A stretch of 64,000 nt of DNA from assembly GCA_963806355.1 (NCBI GenBank), contig CAWDXN010000002.1, forward strand, positions 51,326 through 115,325, given 5' to 3'. The stretch comes from Methanomassiliicoccaceae archaeon. Its GTDB lineage: Archaea > Thermoplasmatota > Thermoplasmata > Methanomassiliicoccales > UBA472. Under the pieces are notes generated by a model that saw only the letters and a list, made by a program, of their open reading frames with translations, did no database searches and was not told where the DNA came from. This document shows positions 21,169-31,265 of this stretch, in pieces. A program made the position numbers and the translations under genes. The stretch's first letter is position 1, and each line of letters opens with the position of its first letter.

Positions 21169-22045
21169 TCACGGGACGTCCACAGTGCCGTTGGCACGGA
21201 TCATTGACAGAGTGGAGTTGTAATGGAACAAACCACTGTCTTCGATTTCATTCACGTCGTTCATCGAGAACATGTACATGGTCCCGTTCATCCCCTCGAT
21301 TCGATATTTCAGGGACTGGTTGGCGTGCCGACCTCGACCAAACCCCAGGCCACCATCTATACTCCAGGGAACGTGCCAGTAGGACAAGTGACATCCCTTA
21401 ACGACGTTCAGGGCCTCAACGTGGTTTTCCCAATACCGTTCATCGCAATCCAAGATGCCAGGGCTGTTGGTCTCGTTCATGAAGATCGCGTAATGGTAGG
21501 CTTGGTTGACCACAATCATGCGGTATACAAGGGACGATTGTAAACCGGCGTTGATTACTACCGTGGAATTGCCACACGGACCGATCATCGTCCTCACTGC
21601 CTTTTCACCGAACGGGGTCGATATCCACTCATTCCCGATGATAGTAGTAGAGATTGCTCGTAATCCTTTGCGAGAATCGGTTTCACATCCAGCTTATCGG
21701 TAGGACTGGCACGGCGCCAAAGTTTGATTAAACTCCGGCGGAACATGCCGCTAAACGTGGACCTTGAATACCCATTGTAAGGCAATGATGTGGAAAGAGC
21801 CGCTGACAAGGGAATCGTCCGTGAACTGGCCAGTGATGGAATAGTTAACATATTCATCGACTCTGGAATTCATAAGGCCCCTCACCATCGCTCTGCCAAT
21901 CTACCAGGAGCATCGAGGCGAATCCAATGACACCGACTAGGGTCAGGGCCACCAAAACCACTATCCATTTCTTTCTCCTTGAGGAAGGGCCTATGATCGA
22001 TTGTTGTTCTGTCACTTTGGTATTCTCCCCCTCCAACCCAACCAC
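21169..22045 (-). CDS. Hypothetical membrane-anchored extracytoplasmic protein rich in N-glycosylation sequons; probably one gene broken about 4 times
   Basis: N-terminal anchor KKWIVVLVALTLVGVIGFASMLLV is in ORF 21854-22045. The C-terminal 142-aa piece is ORF 21169-21597. The middle is readable only by frame hopping (EYVNYSITGQFTDDSLVSGSF..., ...GNEWISTPFGEKAV). Several NxS/T sites are present. The region is visibly more AT-rich than its surroundings. Confidence 0.45.
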
Positions 22046-22168
22046 CAGAAAACAACTATTTTGCTGACTTTAAATACTTTATTCATTCTTTTTTGACGAT
22101 GATTGTTATTGGAATAGTTCTTGCTTTTTCAACAACCTTGAAATCCTTTTCGGTCGTTGCCATCGAAT

Positions 22169-22981
22169 ATGTCTCTGAAGGTCATCGCGGTCTTGGGCAG
22201 CCCTCGCCGTCACGGCGGCGGTCATGGCGTGGTCAAGAACCTGGAGGGCAAGCTCAAAGCGCTTGGCGATGTCGAGGTGGAATATGTCCATCTCGTCGAT
22301 GTCGGGCTACTGCCATGCAAGGGCTGCTTCACCTGCATCTCCAAAGGCGAGTCCCATTGTCCGCTCAAGGACGGCAGGGAGGATCTGGAGCGAAGGATGC
22401 TTGCGGCGGACGGGCTGATCCTGGTCTCCCCCGGGTATGTGCAGAACGTGAGCGGTCTGTTCAAGAACTTCATGGACCGGTTCGCCTATACCAACCACCG
22501 GCCCCGCTTCTTCCACCAGAGCACCCTGGTGGTCGCCAATGGCGGTGCGGGCCTGAAGCATACCCTGCGCGCCTTGAGCATGTCATTGGGCGGGGCCAGG
22601 GTCGTCGACCGTTTGTCAGTGGCGATACCGCCTTGGCCCATCAACGAAAAAATGCAGGCCAAGAACGAAAGGGCGATCGAAAGGGCGGCCCAAGCTCTGT
22701 ACAAGGACATGACCACCAAGGGACCTTCCCCGAGCCCCGATTTCCAAGAGTACATGCGTTTCCGTTTCTTCTCAAGGATCGCACCGGACATGAAGGAGCA
22801 CCTCCCAGCCGACTTCGAGTTCTACCGAGACAAGAGGAAGTTCTATTACGAGACCAAGATCTCGTTGGGAAAGAGGGTGGCCGCCGACATACTGGTACCG
22901 CTCGGGCTGTTCATGGCCAAAGGAATGGCCCCGGCTCCGACCAAAACATCGGTCGATGCGCCAGGTAAGGAAAAGACATAA
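22169..22981 (+). CDS. Flavodoxin-fold NAD(P)H-dependent FMN reductase / iron-sulfur flavoprotein-like protein
   Basis: Reads MSLKVIAVLGSPRRHG, then LPCKGCFTCISKGESHCPLKD, then AADGLILVSPGYVQNVSGLFKNFMDR. The ORF is intact. Confidence 0.65.
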   Translation: MSLKVIAVLGSPRRHGGGHGVVKNLEGKLKALGDVEVEYVHLVDVGLLPCKGCFTCISKGESHCPLKDGREDLERRMLAADGLILVSPGYVQNVSGLFKNFMDRFAYTNHRPRFFHQSTLVVANGGAGLKHTLRALSMSLGGARVVDRLSVAIPPWPINEKMQAKNERAIERAAQALYKDMTTKGPSPSPDFQEYMRFRFFSRIAPDMKEHLPADFEFYRDKRKFYYETKISLGKRVAADILVPLGLFMAKGMAPAPTKTSVDAPGKEKT

Positions 22982-23028
22982 AGGTCCCATCGGCCAAGAT
23001 TAAATATCACCTAGCCAATCGCAACGGC

Positions 23029-23541
23029 ATGGCCCGGCAGCGGAAACCATATGACCTGATCTATCTCATGACGGTCGAGTTCCTCATCTCCATCCTCACG
23101 TTCTATAGCTCGGTCATCATGATCGTGGCGGTCGCCACTGGGTCGGATTCGGATAGATTGGAGCTCATCGGCCCCGATGCTCCGGCCTGGGTATTGGACG
23201 ACCCATCTCAAGTGCTGACCATCTTCAGCATGGCCTTCATGGTCCTGGCATTGCTGTCGTTCCTTTTACTATGGGGCTTCCTGCGCGCCCAGTCCTTCTC
23301 ATGGATGACCGGCATTCTAGCCTCGGTCGCAACGATGGTGGTGGGCATGGCAGCCATCCTCACCATAGGGTACGAGGACACGCAGACCTTCTTCCGCTAT
23401 GTGATCCTGGTCATAGCCCCCATGTTCGTGATCTATCTTACTCATCCGCCAGGACATCAAGGCCTACCTGCTCAGGTAGGATGGACCATCGATCATGACC
23501 CTCTTCCCGCTAGGTCCGATATCGATGGCGTTCCGAGGTAA
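23029..23541 (+). CDS. Hypothetical integral membrane protein (4 predicted helices)
   Basis: Four hydrophobic helices. Its tail may be frame-broken near 23440; the +1 frame gives LLIRQDIKAYLLR with a stop at 23477-23479. Confidence 0.45.
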   Translation: MARQRKPYDLIYLMTVEFLISILTFYSSVIMIVAVATGSDSDRLELIGPDAPAWVLDDPSQVLTIFSMAFMVLALLSFLLLWGFLRAQSFSWMTGILASVATMVVGMAAILTIGYEDTQTFFRYVILVIAPMFVIYLTHPPGHQGLPAQVGWTIDHDPLPARSDIDGVPR

Positions 23542-23652
23542 TAGCGAAAGATTTATTCAAAATGAGGAATTCCTCGGCTCTACTCTATCCCCTTGCTCTC
23601 AAAGGCAATTTGGGGTGAGATATCTGACCCATGAAAATGGGAGGGATGAACA

Positions 23653-24099
23653 ATGGGACTGTTTGACAAAGTGAAAGGAGTAAAGGAAGCAGAGAACACC
23701 AAACTGACCAAGGAGGAATCCTTCGCCGCCGTGGCCTTGGCCGCGGTCGCAGCGGATGGGATGATCACCGAGGAGGAGGCGAACGGCCTCGTCGTCAGCC
23801 TGGTGCGCATGAAGCTCTTCTCTGGTTACAACGGCAACCAGATGGGCGCCATGTTGAACAAGCTCGTTCAGATCATCAAGAAGCAGGGCGTCGACGAACT
23901 GGTCAACATGGCCAAGGAATCCTTGCCGAAGGACCTGAAGGAGACCGCGTTCGCGGTGGCCACCGACCTCGCATTGGCCGACGGGGAGCTGGGCGGGAAG
24001 GAGAAGGAGATCCTCACCAAGATCCAGCAGATCCTGGAGATCCCTGAGGACAAGGCGGTCACGATAATCGAGGTCATACTCATCAAGAACAAGGGTTGA
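23653..24099 (+). CDS. TerB-like (tellurite-resistance TerB family) protein
   Basis: 148-aa helical protein with the duplicated TerB pattern (AAVAADGMITEEEANGL ... ATDLALADGELGGKEKEIL). A GGAGG Shine-Dalgarno-like sequence lies upstream. Confidence 0.55.
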   Translation: MGLFDKVKGVKEAENTKLTKEESFAAVALAAVAADGMITEEEANGLVVSLVRMKLFSGYNGNQMGAMLNKLVQIIKKQGVDELVNMAKESLPKDLKETAFAVATDLALADGELGGKEKEILTKIQQILEIPEDKAVTIIEVILIKNKG

Positions 24100-24130
24100 A
24101 CCTTTTCAACAAATGGTCCATAGGACCAAC

Positions 24131-24144
24131 TTCTTTTTTATTTT
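24131..24144 (+). terminator. Oligo-T tract downstream of the TerB gene
   Basis: The tract ttcttttttatttt lies 30 nt after the TerB stop, at the junction of convergent genes. Confidence 0.3.
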
Positions 24145-25210
24145 CCGATCTCGGCATTGAGCCTGCGTATCTGCAGACAACGGAACAAGGATTCACATTC
24201 CAAGGCCTTCACCGAGCGCCTTTTTTCCTCCAATCCCATGCGCATCCCTAGGACCCAGACACCATTGTTGCTCTCTGGTAGGTCTGTGCGGGAGAAGTAT
24301 CTGACATGCCCCACCTCCAGTCGATCGTCCATTATCTTGACCGACCTTCTGTACCAATCGTGCATCGGTGCCTGTCTGGACAGTGCCTAGCAGCTCAAGG
24401 AGGAGGAGCATCCGGGCAAATTCCCTGCCCGTCACATATTCTCCCTGGTACCCTGGCAGATGGACGCTCCAACCCATCATGTAATATTGTCCATCGTGTC
24501 GAACGACGCCGTATCCTGGCCAGAGCGATTGGTATTCGGGACTTAGGACCAGTTCGATCACCGTCTCGACCTTCGATCTCAGGTCAGCATCGCCCATGAT
24601 GCTCTCGGAGTGGAGGAATGCGTACAGGTCATAGATCCAGGGCAGTTTAAGGTCCTCATCTGGGATAGAGTTCTGGATTGAGCAGAGGGGACCTTCGGAA
24701 GGCCTTTGGATATCCCGGGAATGTGTCCTGAGGGATGTACGCATGCTCGAGATCAGGCCTTCTCGCAAAATCGTAGACCGTGTCCAAGCGATGCCTGACC
24801 CAAGCATCGATGGCCCCTTCCTCATAACCCAACATGGTCAGGAACGCGGCGCAGATGGTCCTATGCAGGACCGGGAGGTATCCTTGGTGCGGGAGGTCTA
24901 TCTGCTCCTCCATCCATCGTTGGAAAGGAGCGACCCGATCGTCTAGGACCGGCACGCCCCTTCTCAATCCGAACTCGAACAATTTACCCATGACGTTCTC
25001 GAACGACTGAGGGATGGCCCCGTGCAGGGTATGGCGGTCGCACTCGCTTGGGATCCTTTCGAGCCAGGAACTCACCAGAGGGGAGGCCAACAGCTCGGTC
25101 AATTCCACGATCGACCCGTTCCCATCTTGATCGTGCCCTTTAGATAACCGATACCTGATCACAGGCCCAGCGTTCTCCATCAGCCATCGGGCGATATCTG
25201 CGTTCTCCAT
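24138..25210 (-). CDS. Hypothetical protein of about 357 aa with no motif I recognise; two frame breaks
   Basis: ORFs 24656-25210, 24193-24825 and 24138-24365 join in successive +1 steps (...SPLLNPE / IPDEDLKLPWIYDLYAF...GYGVVRHDGQYYMMGWSVHLPGYQGEY... / ...HDWYRRSVKIMDDRLEVGH...). Confidence 0.5.
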
Positions 25211-25335
25211 GTTCCCCGGACCGTTGGGATGTCACTGGGATGATTATAATCCTATCTCTCGCTCCCTTGGGCCACGGTCAGACCGGCGTCATCATCATTA
25301 CGATGCTTACATGGCCCGCAAGGATGGCGATCATA

Positions 25336-25935
25336 TCAGGAGATGGTCCCAGTCCCTCTCCAATCCTTCTTTAGGAGCGCGAAGTATACCTCATCAAAAT
25401 ATTGTCCATCGTAGAACACCCGCTCGCGAAGGACGCCTTCCTCCTTGAACCCATATTTATGTAACAGCGATCGCGACCCGACATTGATGGCCAACGGGAC
25501 CGCTTCCAACCTGTTCAGGCCCACCACCGTGAAACCATAGGTGATGATGGGCATAAGGACCTCGGTCATGATGCCCTGCCTCCAATGGTCCGGATCAAGC
25601 TCGTAGCCCAGCTCTGCGCAATGGTTTGAAAGATGGAAGTTCCAGAGACAGACCATGCCGATGACCCGGTCGTTTGGCATCAATTCTATGGTCCAGATCA
25701 TGGCTGAATGTTTTTCGGTGGCATCGATGCAATCCCGGACCCATTTCCTCGTATCCTCGATGGAACGATGAGGCGCTTCCCCATATAGGCAGGTCACCCG
25801 GGGGTTCGATTTGGTGGCAAACAAGGTCTCCGCGTCCTCGAGGACCATTTTTCGTAATCGTAACCTCTCCGTCGAAAAGGATGCTTGATGGGTGAATTCA
25901 TCAAATGGTTCCATCGGACGTTTGAACACCGTCAT
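25336..25935 (-). CDS. GNAT-family N-acetyltransferase (RimJ/RimL-like)
   Basis: 199-aa intact ORF with TERLRLRKMVLEDAE and the acetyl-CoA loop region WRQGIMTEVLMPIITYGF...LNRLEA. Confidence 0.8.
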   Translation of the reverse strand: MTVFKRPMEPFDEFTHQASFSTERLRLRKMVLEDAETLFATKSNPRVTCLYGEAPHRSIEDTRKWVRDCIDATEKHSAMIWTIELMPNDRVIGMVCLWNFHLSNHCAELGYELDPDHWRQGIMTEVLMPIITYGFTVVGLNRLEAVPLAINVGSRSLLHKYGFKEEGVLRERVFYDGQYFDEVYFALLKKDWRGTGTIS

Positions 25936-26305
25936 CGATAATTGAAATTTCGCATTCTCTGGTAGGAAGACCGCCCAAGTAGGTCATAGGGGGTGTAGGT
26001 GATGGAGTTTAAATGCACTGGACAAAATATTTCCCCCCGTTTCTCCTCCCTTGGCTATATCAAGCAACGCCTCTCTTCTTTGAAACGATCACGTCCAGAT
26101 AGTATCGGTTAAAATTCTGCGATCGGGAAAGATCGTGTAGTTCACAGAATCCAACAAAGATGATATCCCCTGAGTAAATCTCAGATCCCTGAAACATGCA
26201 ATATGGTCATGCTGGGGAACTCACTTCTTCTGCATCGATATAAATTAAACAATATGGTAATAAAATATTCAATGAAATCAATAAAAAATTGTAAAACATC
26301 TGAGA

Positions 26306-26437
26306 TCATTTCTTTTTCATCTTAGCCAGCTTCTTCTTCGCTGCCCCACTGCCCGATGCAGCTTTGCTCTCTAACGCTGCCATCTTTTCATTCTTTCCTG
26401 CCTTTTGCTTTTTTATATCATTCTTCGAAATGCTCAT
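26306..26437 (-). CDS. Candidate 43-aa lysine-rich small protein
   Basis: Hand translation gives MSISKNDIKKQKAGKNEKMAALESKAASGSGAAKKKLAKMKKK. A TATA-like element (reverse strand ataaatag) lies about 25-30 nt upstream of the ATG, which would suit a leaderless mRNA. It is below the ORF-track size cut-off. Confidence 0.3.
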   Translation of the reverse strand: MSISKNDIKKQKAGKNEKMAALESKAASGSGAAKKKLAKMKKK

Positions 26438-26645
26438 GCTCCCGTAAGCAGTAATTTTCTATTTATGTGATGAGCATCCACCACGGATAAGTGGGCAGAA
26501 ATAATCTGGAATCGCAAGAATAATGAGAAAGTCAAGAAAAAACCCTATGCATGTCGATTGGTTTTAAGGCTCTAGCTCAAGCCAGCCATCAGGACCGAAA
26601 AGGATTGAATTGAAATCAGAAAAATAAATGTCTGGATGAGAAGAA

Positions 26646-26721
26646 TGGTGGGCTCAGCCGGATTCGAACCGGCGACCTTCTCCGTGTCAGGGAAACGTCA
26701 TAGCCACTAGACCATGAGCCC
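26646..26721 (-). tRNA. tRNA-Val (anticodon GAC) with encoded CCA
   Basis: Hand-folded cloverleaf. Acceptor GGGCTCA/TGAGCCC, anticodon stem TTTCC/GGAGA, loop CTGACAC, T-arm GCCGG-TTCGAAT-CCGGC, discriminator A, then CCA. Confidence 0.9.
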
Positions 26722-26832
26722 GTGCGTTGTCGCAGTAAAGCGTTCTACTCTATATGTCTTTCGTTATCGTCCTGAAAGCACTGGCAGTCCCTACGTCACT
26801 TGTCCTGGTGAGAAGGAATAATTTTTTATTAG

Positions 26833-28119
<1,287 letters not shown>

Positions 28120-28155
28120 CCGTCCTGTGATCGCCGATCAGTTCTCTATCCATCA

Positions 28156-28971
28156 TCAAGCTTGGGGCGGTCTTCTCGAGAAGATGGTCTGAAGGAACAA
28201 GGCGGTCAGCAGGCTCAATATCAGGAAGCCTGCCAGGGCCTCGAATATCACCAGAACCTGACCGACACCGGTCGGTTGGGCGGTTGAGAAGCCCAGGGTG
28301 GTGAAGGCCTGACCGCTGACATAAAGGGCATCGAAGAATCCACCGGGACTTCCATCGTTGGTGACCACCAGACCGTTGATGAAGTAGATCGCCCCAAAGA
28401 CGTAGATGATCAGGAAATCAGTCACTAAGATCATTAGGAACGGGATCACAAGGCTCTTGTCCGATCGGATCTGGAATATCGATTCGGCCAGTATCATTAT
28501 CACTAATCCCAGGGGCATCACGATGCTGATCGAGATCATCATTTGTGTGAACCAGGCCGGCACCTCATCATGAAGCACCAACGTGATGAAGCTGGATATC
28601 GCAAGGAGGACCACCGGTAACGTCACGATCCAGAACGTTTTCTTCCCGATCGGTCGACAATCTTCCGAACAGGTTTGATTGAAACGATAGACACTGAACA
28701 CGAACAGAGCCTGGACCACAAATACCGCAAGTACGATGAATCCCCCGTTCCCAGCGAGGTCGATCGAGGTAGAGGTGACGCGATAAAGGGGAACGATTAG
28801 CATGATAGCGAAATATGCAACAAAGACGAGCCTTTGAACAGGGCCGACCGTCCTCAGGAAGGTCTGGAAATACTCAAGGAGGTTACTGTTCCTGGTCTTG
28901 TCTTGCATCATTCCCTTTCGAAAAGCCCGTTCACTGAATATAATGAGTTCGATGTAGGGGATGCAAACCAA
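28156..28971 (-). CDS. Ion-channel family membrane protein (K+ channel-like pore with a non-canonical filter)
   Basis: Multi-helix membrane protein. The C-terminal pore module reads FFDALYVSGQAFTTLGFSTAQPTGVGQVLVIFEALAGFLIL. The likely start is MMQDK near 28911. Confidence 0.55.
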   Translation of the reverse strand: MVCIPYIELIIFSERAFRKGMMQDKTRNSNLLEYFQTFLRTVGPVQRLVFVAYFAIMLIVPLYRVTSTSIDLAGNGGFIVLAVFVVQALFVFSVYRFNQTCSEDCRPIGKKTFWIVTLPVVLLAISSFITLVLHDEVPAWFTQMMISISIVMPLGLVIMILAESIFQIRSDKSLVIPFLMILVTDFLIIYVFGAIYFINGLVVTNDGSPGGFFDALYVSGQAFTTLGFSTAQPTGVGQVLVIFEALAGFLILSLLTALFLQTIFSRRPPQA

Positions 28972-28987
28972 AAGACCAATGGCCGAA

Positions 28988-30349
28988 CTATTTGCTCGAT
29001 GCCTTGCTAGCCTTCTGCTGGCCCACGATATTGTCCACCAATTGAAGGAACTCCTCCTCGCGGCCGCGAGGCACCCTGCCGCCGCTGGCGATGTTGTGCC
29101 CTCCGCCCACGCCCCCGACCTTGGCGGCCGCCTCCTTCATCGCGGAACCCAGGTCCACCCCGTGCTCGTCCACCATCTTGCGGTTGGCTCGCGAGGAGAC
29201 CTTGACCTCGCCGTTCTTATGGACCAGGCTGAGGGTGGGCTTCTCCCTGTCGCCGACCCATTGCATCATCACGCTGCACGCCTCCGAGGAGACGTCCGGG
29301 TTGGGGCAGATGAAATACTGGATGTTGGCGCCTTGGATGAGACCTTTTCGGCTCACCTCGACCGAGGCATGCAGCAGGCTCTCCCCGAACTCCACGCGCA
29401 TCCGCTCCGCGTCCTTGGCCGCCTCCGCCTCGCCGAGGAGCATCGCCACGCCCAACGCCTGCCTCTCGGACTTCCCGCAGGCGTTCAATGCGTTGGCCAG
29501 GTCTTGGGAGAACTGCTTCTGCTCGGGGAAGTAGTAGCGGTTGGCGAGCACCTCCTCGAAGTTGCCGATGGTGCTGCCCTGCCTCAGCAGGCGCAGCATG
29601 ATGAGGGAGTTGAGGCGCATGCGCTGCCCCTCGTCCAACGATTCGTATGGGAGGTTGTCGAGGACGTCCGCCTCGTCCAAAAGTCTCCTGACCCCCTCCC
29701 TGTCGCCGCTGACGCCCATGATGAAGGGGTCGGTGGTCTTGTTCAGGGCGTCCTTGAGGTTGCCGTCCACGATGAGCTGTCCGGGGCGCTCCTGGACGAG
29801 CTTCCGTTTGGCCCCGTTCTGGTAGAGCCAGATGTTGATCCCGCTCAGGCCGCGCAGGTGCTGCTTATCGCCGATGATGCCGCCGAAGGCCACCCAGAGC
29901 AGGTCCCAGTTCTTCTCCGAGACATGCACGGCAAGGAACATGGCAAGCGAGCTGGCACAACCGGAGATGGCGCCATCGATGCCGTACAGGTGGGGGTTGA
30001 GGTGCATCAACCTCTCACCGCCCTTCTCCGGCCGGTGATGGTCCAGCACGATCACCGGCATGCCCAACGACTCCAGCACGTCCAGGTTGTTGGACCCCAT
30101 GTCGGAGATGATGAGCAGGTCGACATCCTTGGCCGTCTCACGCACCAGCTTCTCATCGAAGCCCTTGGCCATGGTGCACTGGAACTGTTTGCACTCCCGC
30201 AGGAGCATGGCGCAGAGGACCCCGGCGGACGCTAGCCCATCGGCATCGTTGTGGGAAATGACCCGGACCGTGACGGCCCGACGGACGGCCTCCGCCGCCC
30301 TAGAAAAGTCAGTGAAGAGGTTTGGGGGAAGCTGGACGTTATCGTCCAT
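28988..30349 (-). CDS. DHH/DHHA1 phosphoesterase, archaeal RecJ/Cdc45-like (GAN-type) nuclease
   Basis: 453-aa intact ORF with DHH motifs VISHNDADGLAS, LLIISDMGS, VLDHH and the C-terminal GGGH motif. It lies immediately downstream of rps15, a neighbourhood known in Euryarchaeota. Confidence 0.8.
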   Translation of the reverse strand: MDDNVQLPPNLFTDFSRAAEAVRRAVTVRVISHNDADGLASAGVLCAMLLRECKQFQCTMAKGFDEKLVRETAKDVDLLIISDMGSNNLDVLESLGMPVIVLDHHRPEKGGERLMHLNPHLYGIDGAISGCASSLAMFLAVHVSEKNWDLLWVAFGGIIGDKQHLRGLSGINIWLYQNGAKRKLVQERPGQLIVDGNLKDALNKTTDPFIMGVSGDREGVRRLLDEADVLDNLPYESLDEGQRMRLNSLIMLRLLRQGSTIGNFEEVLANRYYFPEQKQFSQDLANALNACGKSERQALGVAMLLGEAEAAKDAERMRVEFGESLLHASVEVSRKGLIQGANIQYFICPNPDVSSEACSVMMQWVGDREKPTLSLVHKNGEVKVSSRANRKMVDEHGVDLGSAMKEAAAKVGGVGGGHNIASGGRVPRGREEEFLQLVDNIVGQQKASKASSK

Positions 30350-30355
30350 CCGCCC

Positions 30356-30811
30356 TCACTCGATGAGCAGCTCGGCGGTCTTGAGCGAGTACTGCCAATC
30401 CATGGGCAGGCCGCCCTCGCGCTTGTAGTACTTCACCAAGCGGCGGATCTTCGCCTCGATGAGCTGCAGGCCGCGGCGGTTCGCCACGTCCTTCTTGTTG
30501 GCCACCACATGTACGTTGAGGTCGATGGCCCGGCGCATCAGGGCGACCAGGTCCTCGGGGAGCTTGGGGGAGAGGTTGTTCTCATCCAGGATCTCCAGGA
30601 TGGTCTTGCCGGTGGCCAGCTTGACGTCGGGGACGGCGTACTGGTCGCGCAGCTTCATGCCGATCTTGGCCGTGGGCATGCCTTCCTTACCGAACTTCAC
30701 GACAAGCTGAACGATCTCCTCTTGGGGCACGGGGACCCACTCTGGGTTCTCCGTGACCATGGGATGGTGGGAACCTGACTTCCCCCTTCTTCTGGCGTGC
30801 ATCTTTGCCAT
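30356..30811 (-). CDS. rps15: 30S ribosomal protein S15 (uS15 / S13e type)
   Basis: Reads MAKMHARRRGKSGSHHP...RGLQLIEAKIRRLVKYYK. The ORF-track start at 30880 is upstream of the plausible Met. Confidence 0.92.
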   Translation of the reverse strand: MAKMHARRRGKSGSHHPMVTENPEWVPVPQEEIVQLVVKFGKEGMPTAKIGMKLRDQYAVPDVKLATGKTILEILDENNLSPKLPEDLVALMRRAIDLNVHVVANKKDVANRRGLQLIEAKIRRLVKYYKREGGLPMDWQYSLKTAELLIE

Positions 30812-30916
30812 ATTGTCATCTCTTTGAACTTCAATGTTAAACGGTTTAAGTACCTGTGGCGAGGCATCAGCCAATTCCACTACTAATATTTAAGACTTTG
30901 ATGTCAGGGAACGGGC

Positions 30917-31265
30917 TCAATCCCTAGGGCAAAGGCATGCCTCGGCCCACCGCAGTTGCTCGACATATTCCACCTCTGGAAAGGCCAGCTCGTCCGGCAA
31001 TGATATCGAACAGCCTCCAATCCATCTCCCCTTGGCCATCGACGAGCATCAGATCGCCCGCGAAGACATGCCCGTCGCGGAAAGGGACCTTGGTCCTGGG
31101 TCGGAAACCCTGTCCCGTCTCCTCCCGGAACTCCCGGACCACCGCCTGCTCCGGGGTCTCATCCGCCTCCATCCTTCCACCGGGCATCTCCCAACCATGA
31201 CGCCTGGGATTGTAGACCATGAGGAACCTGCGACCAGAGAAGGCGATGGCGTAGACGAAGCTCAT
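30917..31265 (-). CDS. NUDIX hydrolase; one frame break near 31015
   Basis: Nudix box GGRMEADETPEQAVVREFREETG. The +1 frame gives the tail LPDELAFPEVEYVEQLRWAEACLCPRD. There is a 4-nt overlap with the fibrillarin stop. Confidence 0.8.

Noticed and set aside
26467-26560. A C/D box sRNA, suggested by GTGATGA at 26467-26473.
   Set aside because: There is no CTGA D box or internal C'/D' pair at the expected spacing, and no terminal stem.
21019-26721. An integrated element targeted to tRNA-Val with identifiable att sites.
   Set aside because: I found no integrase gene and no second copy of the tRNA 3' segment (GGTTCGAATCCGGCTGAGCCCA or its complement) by eye. Only the weaker compositional-islet claim is kept as a finding.
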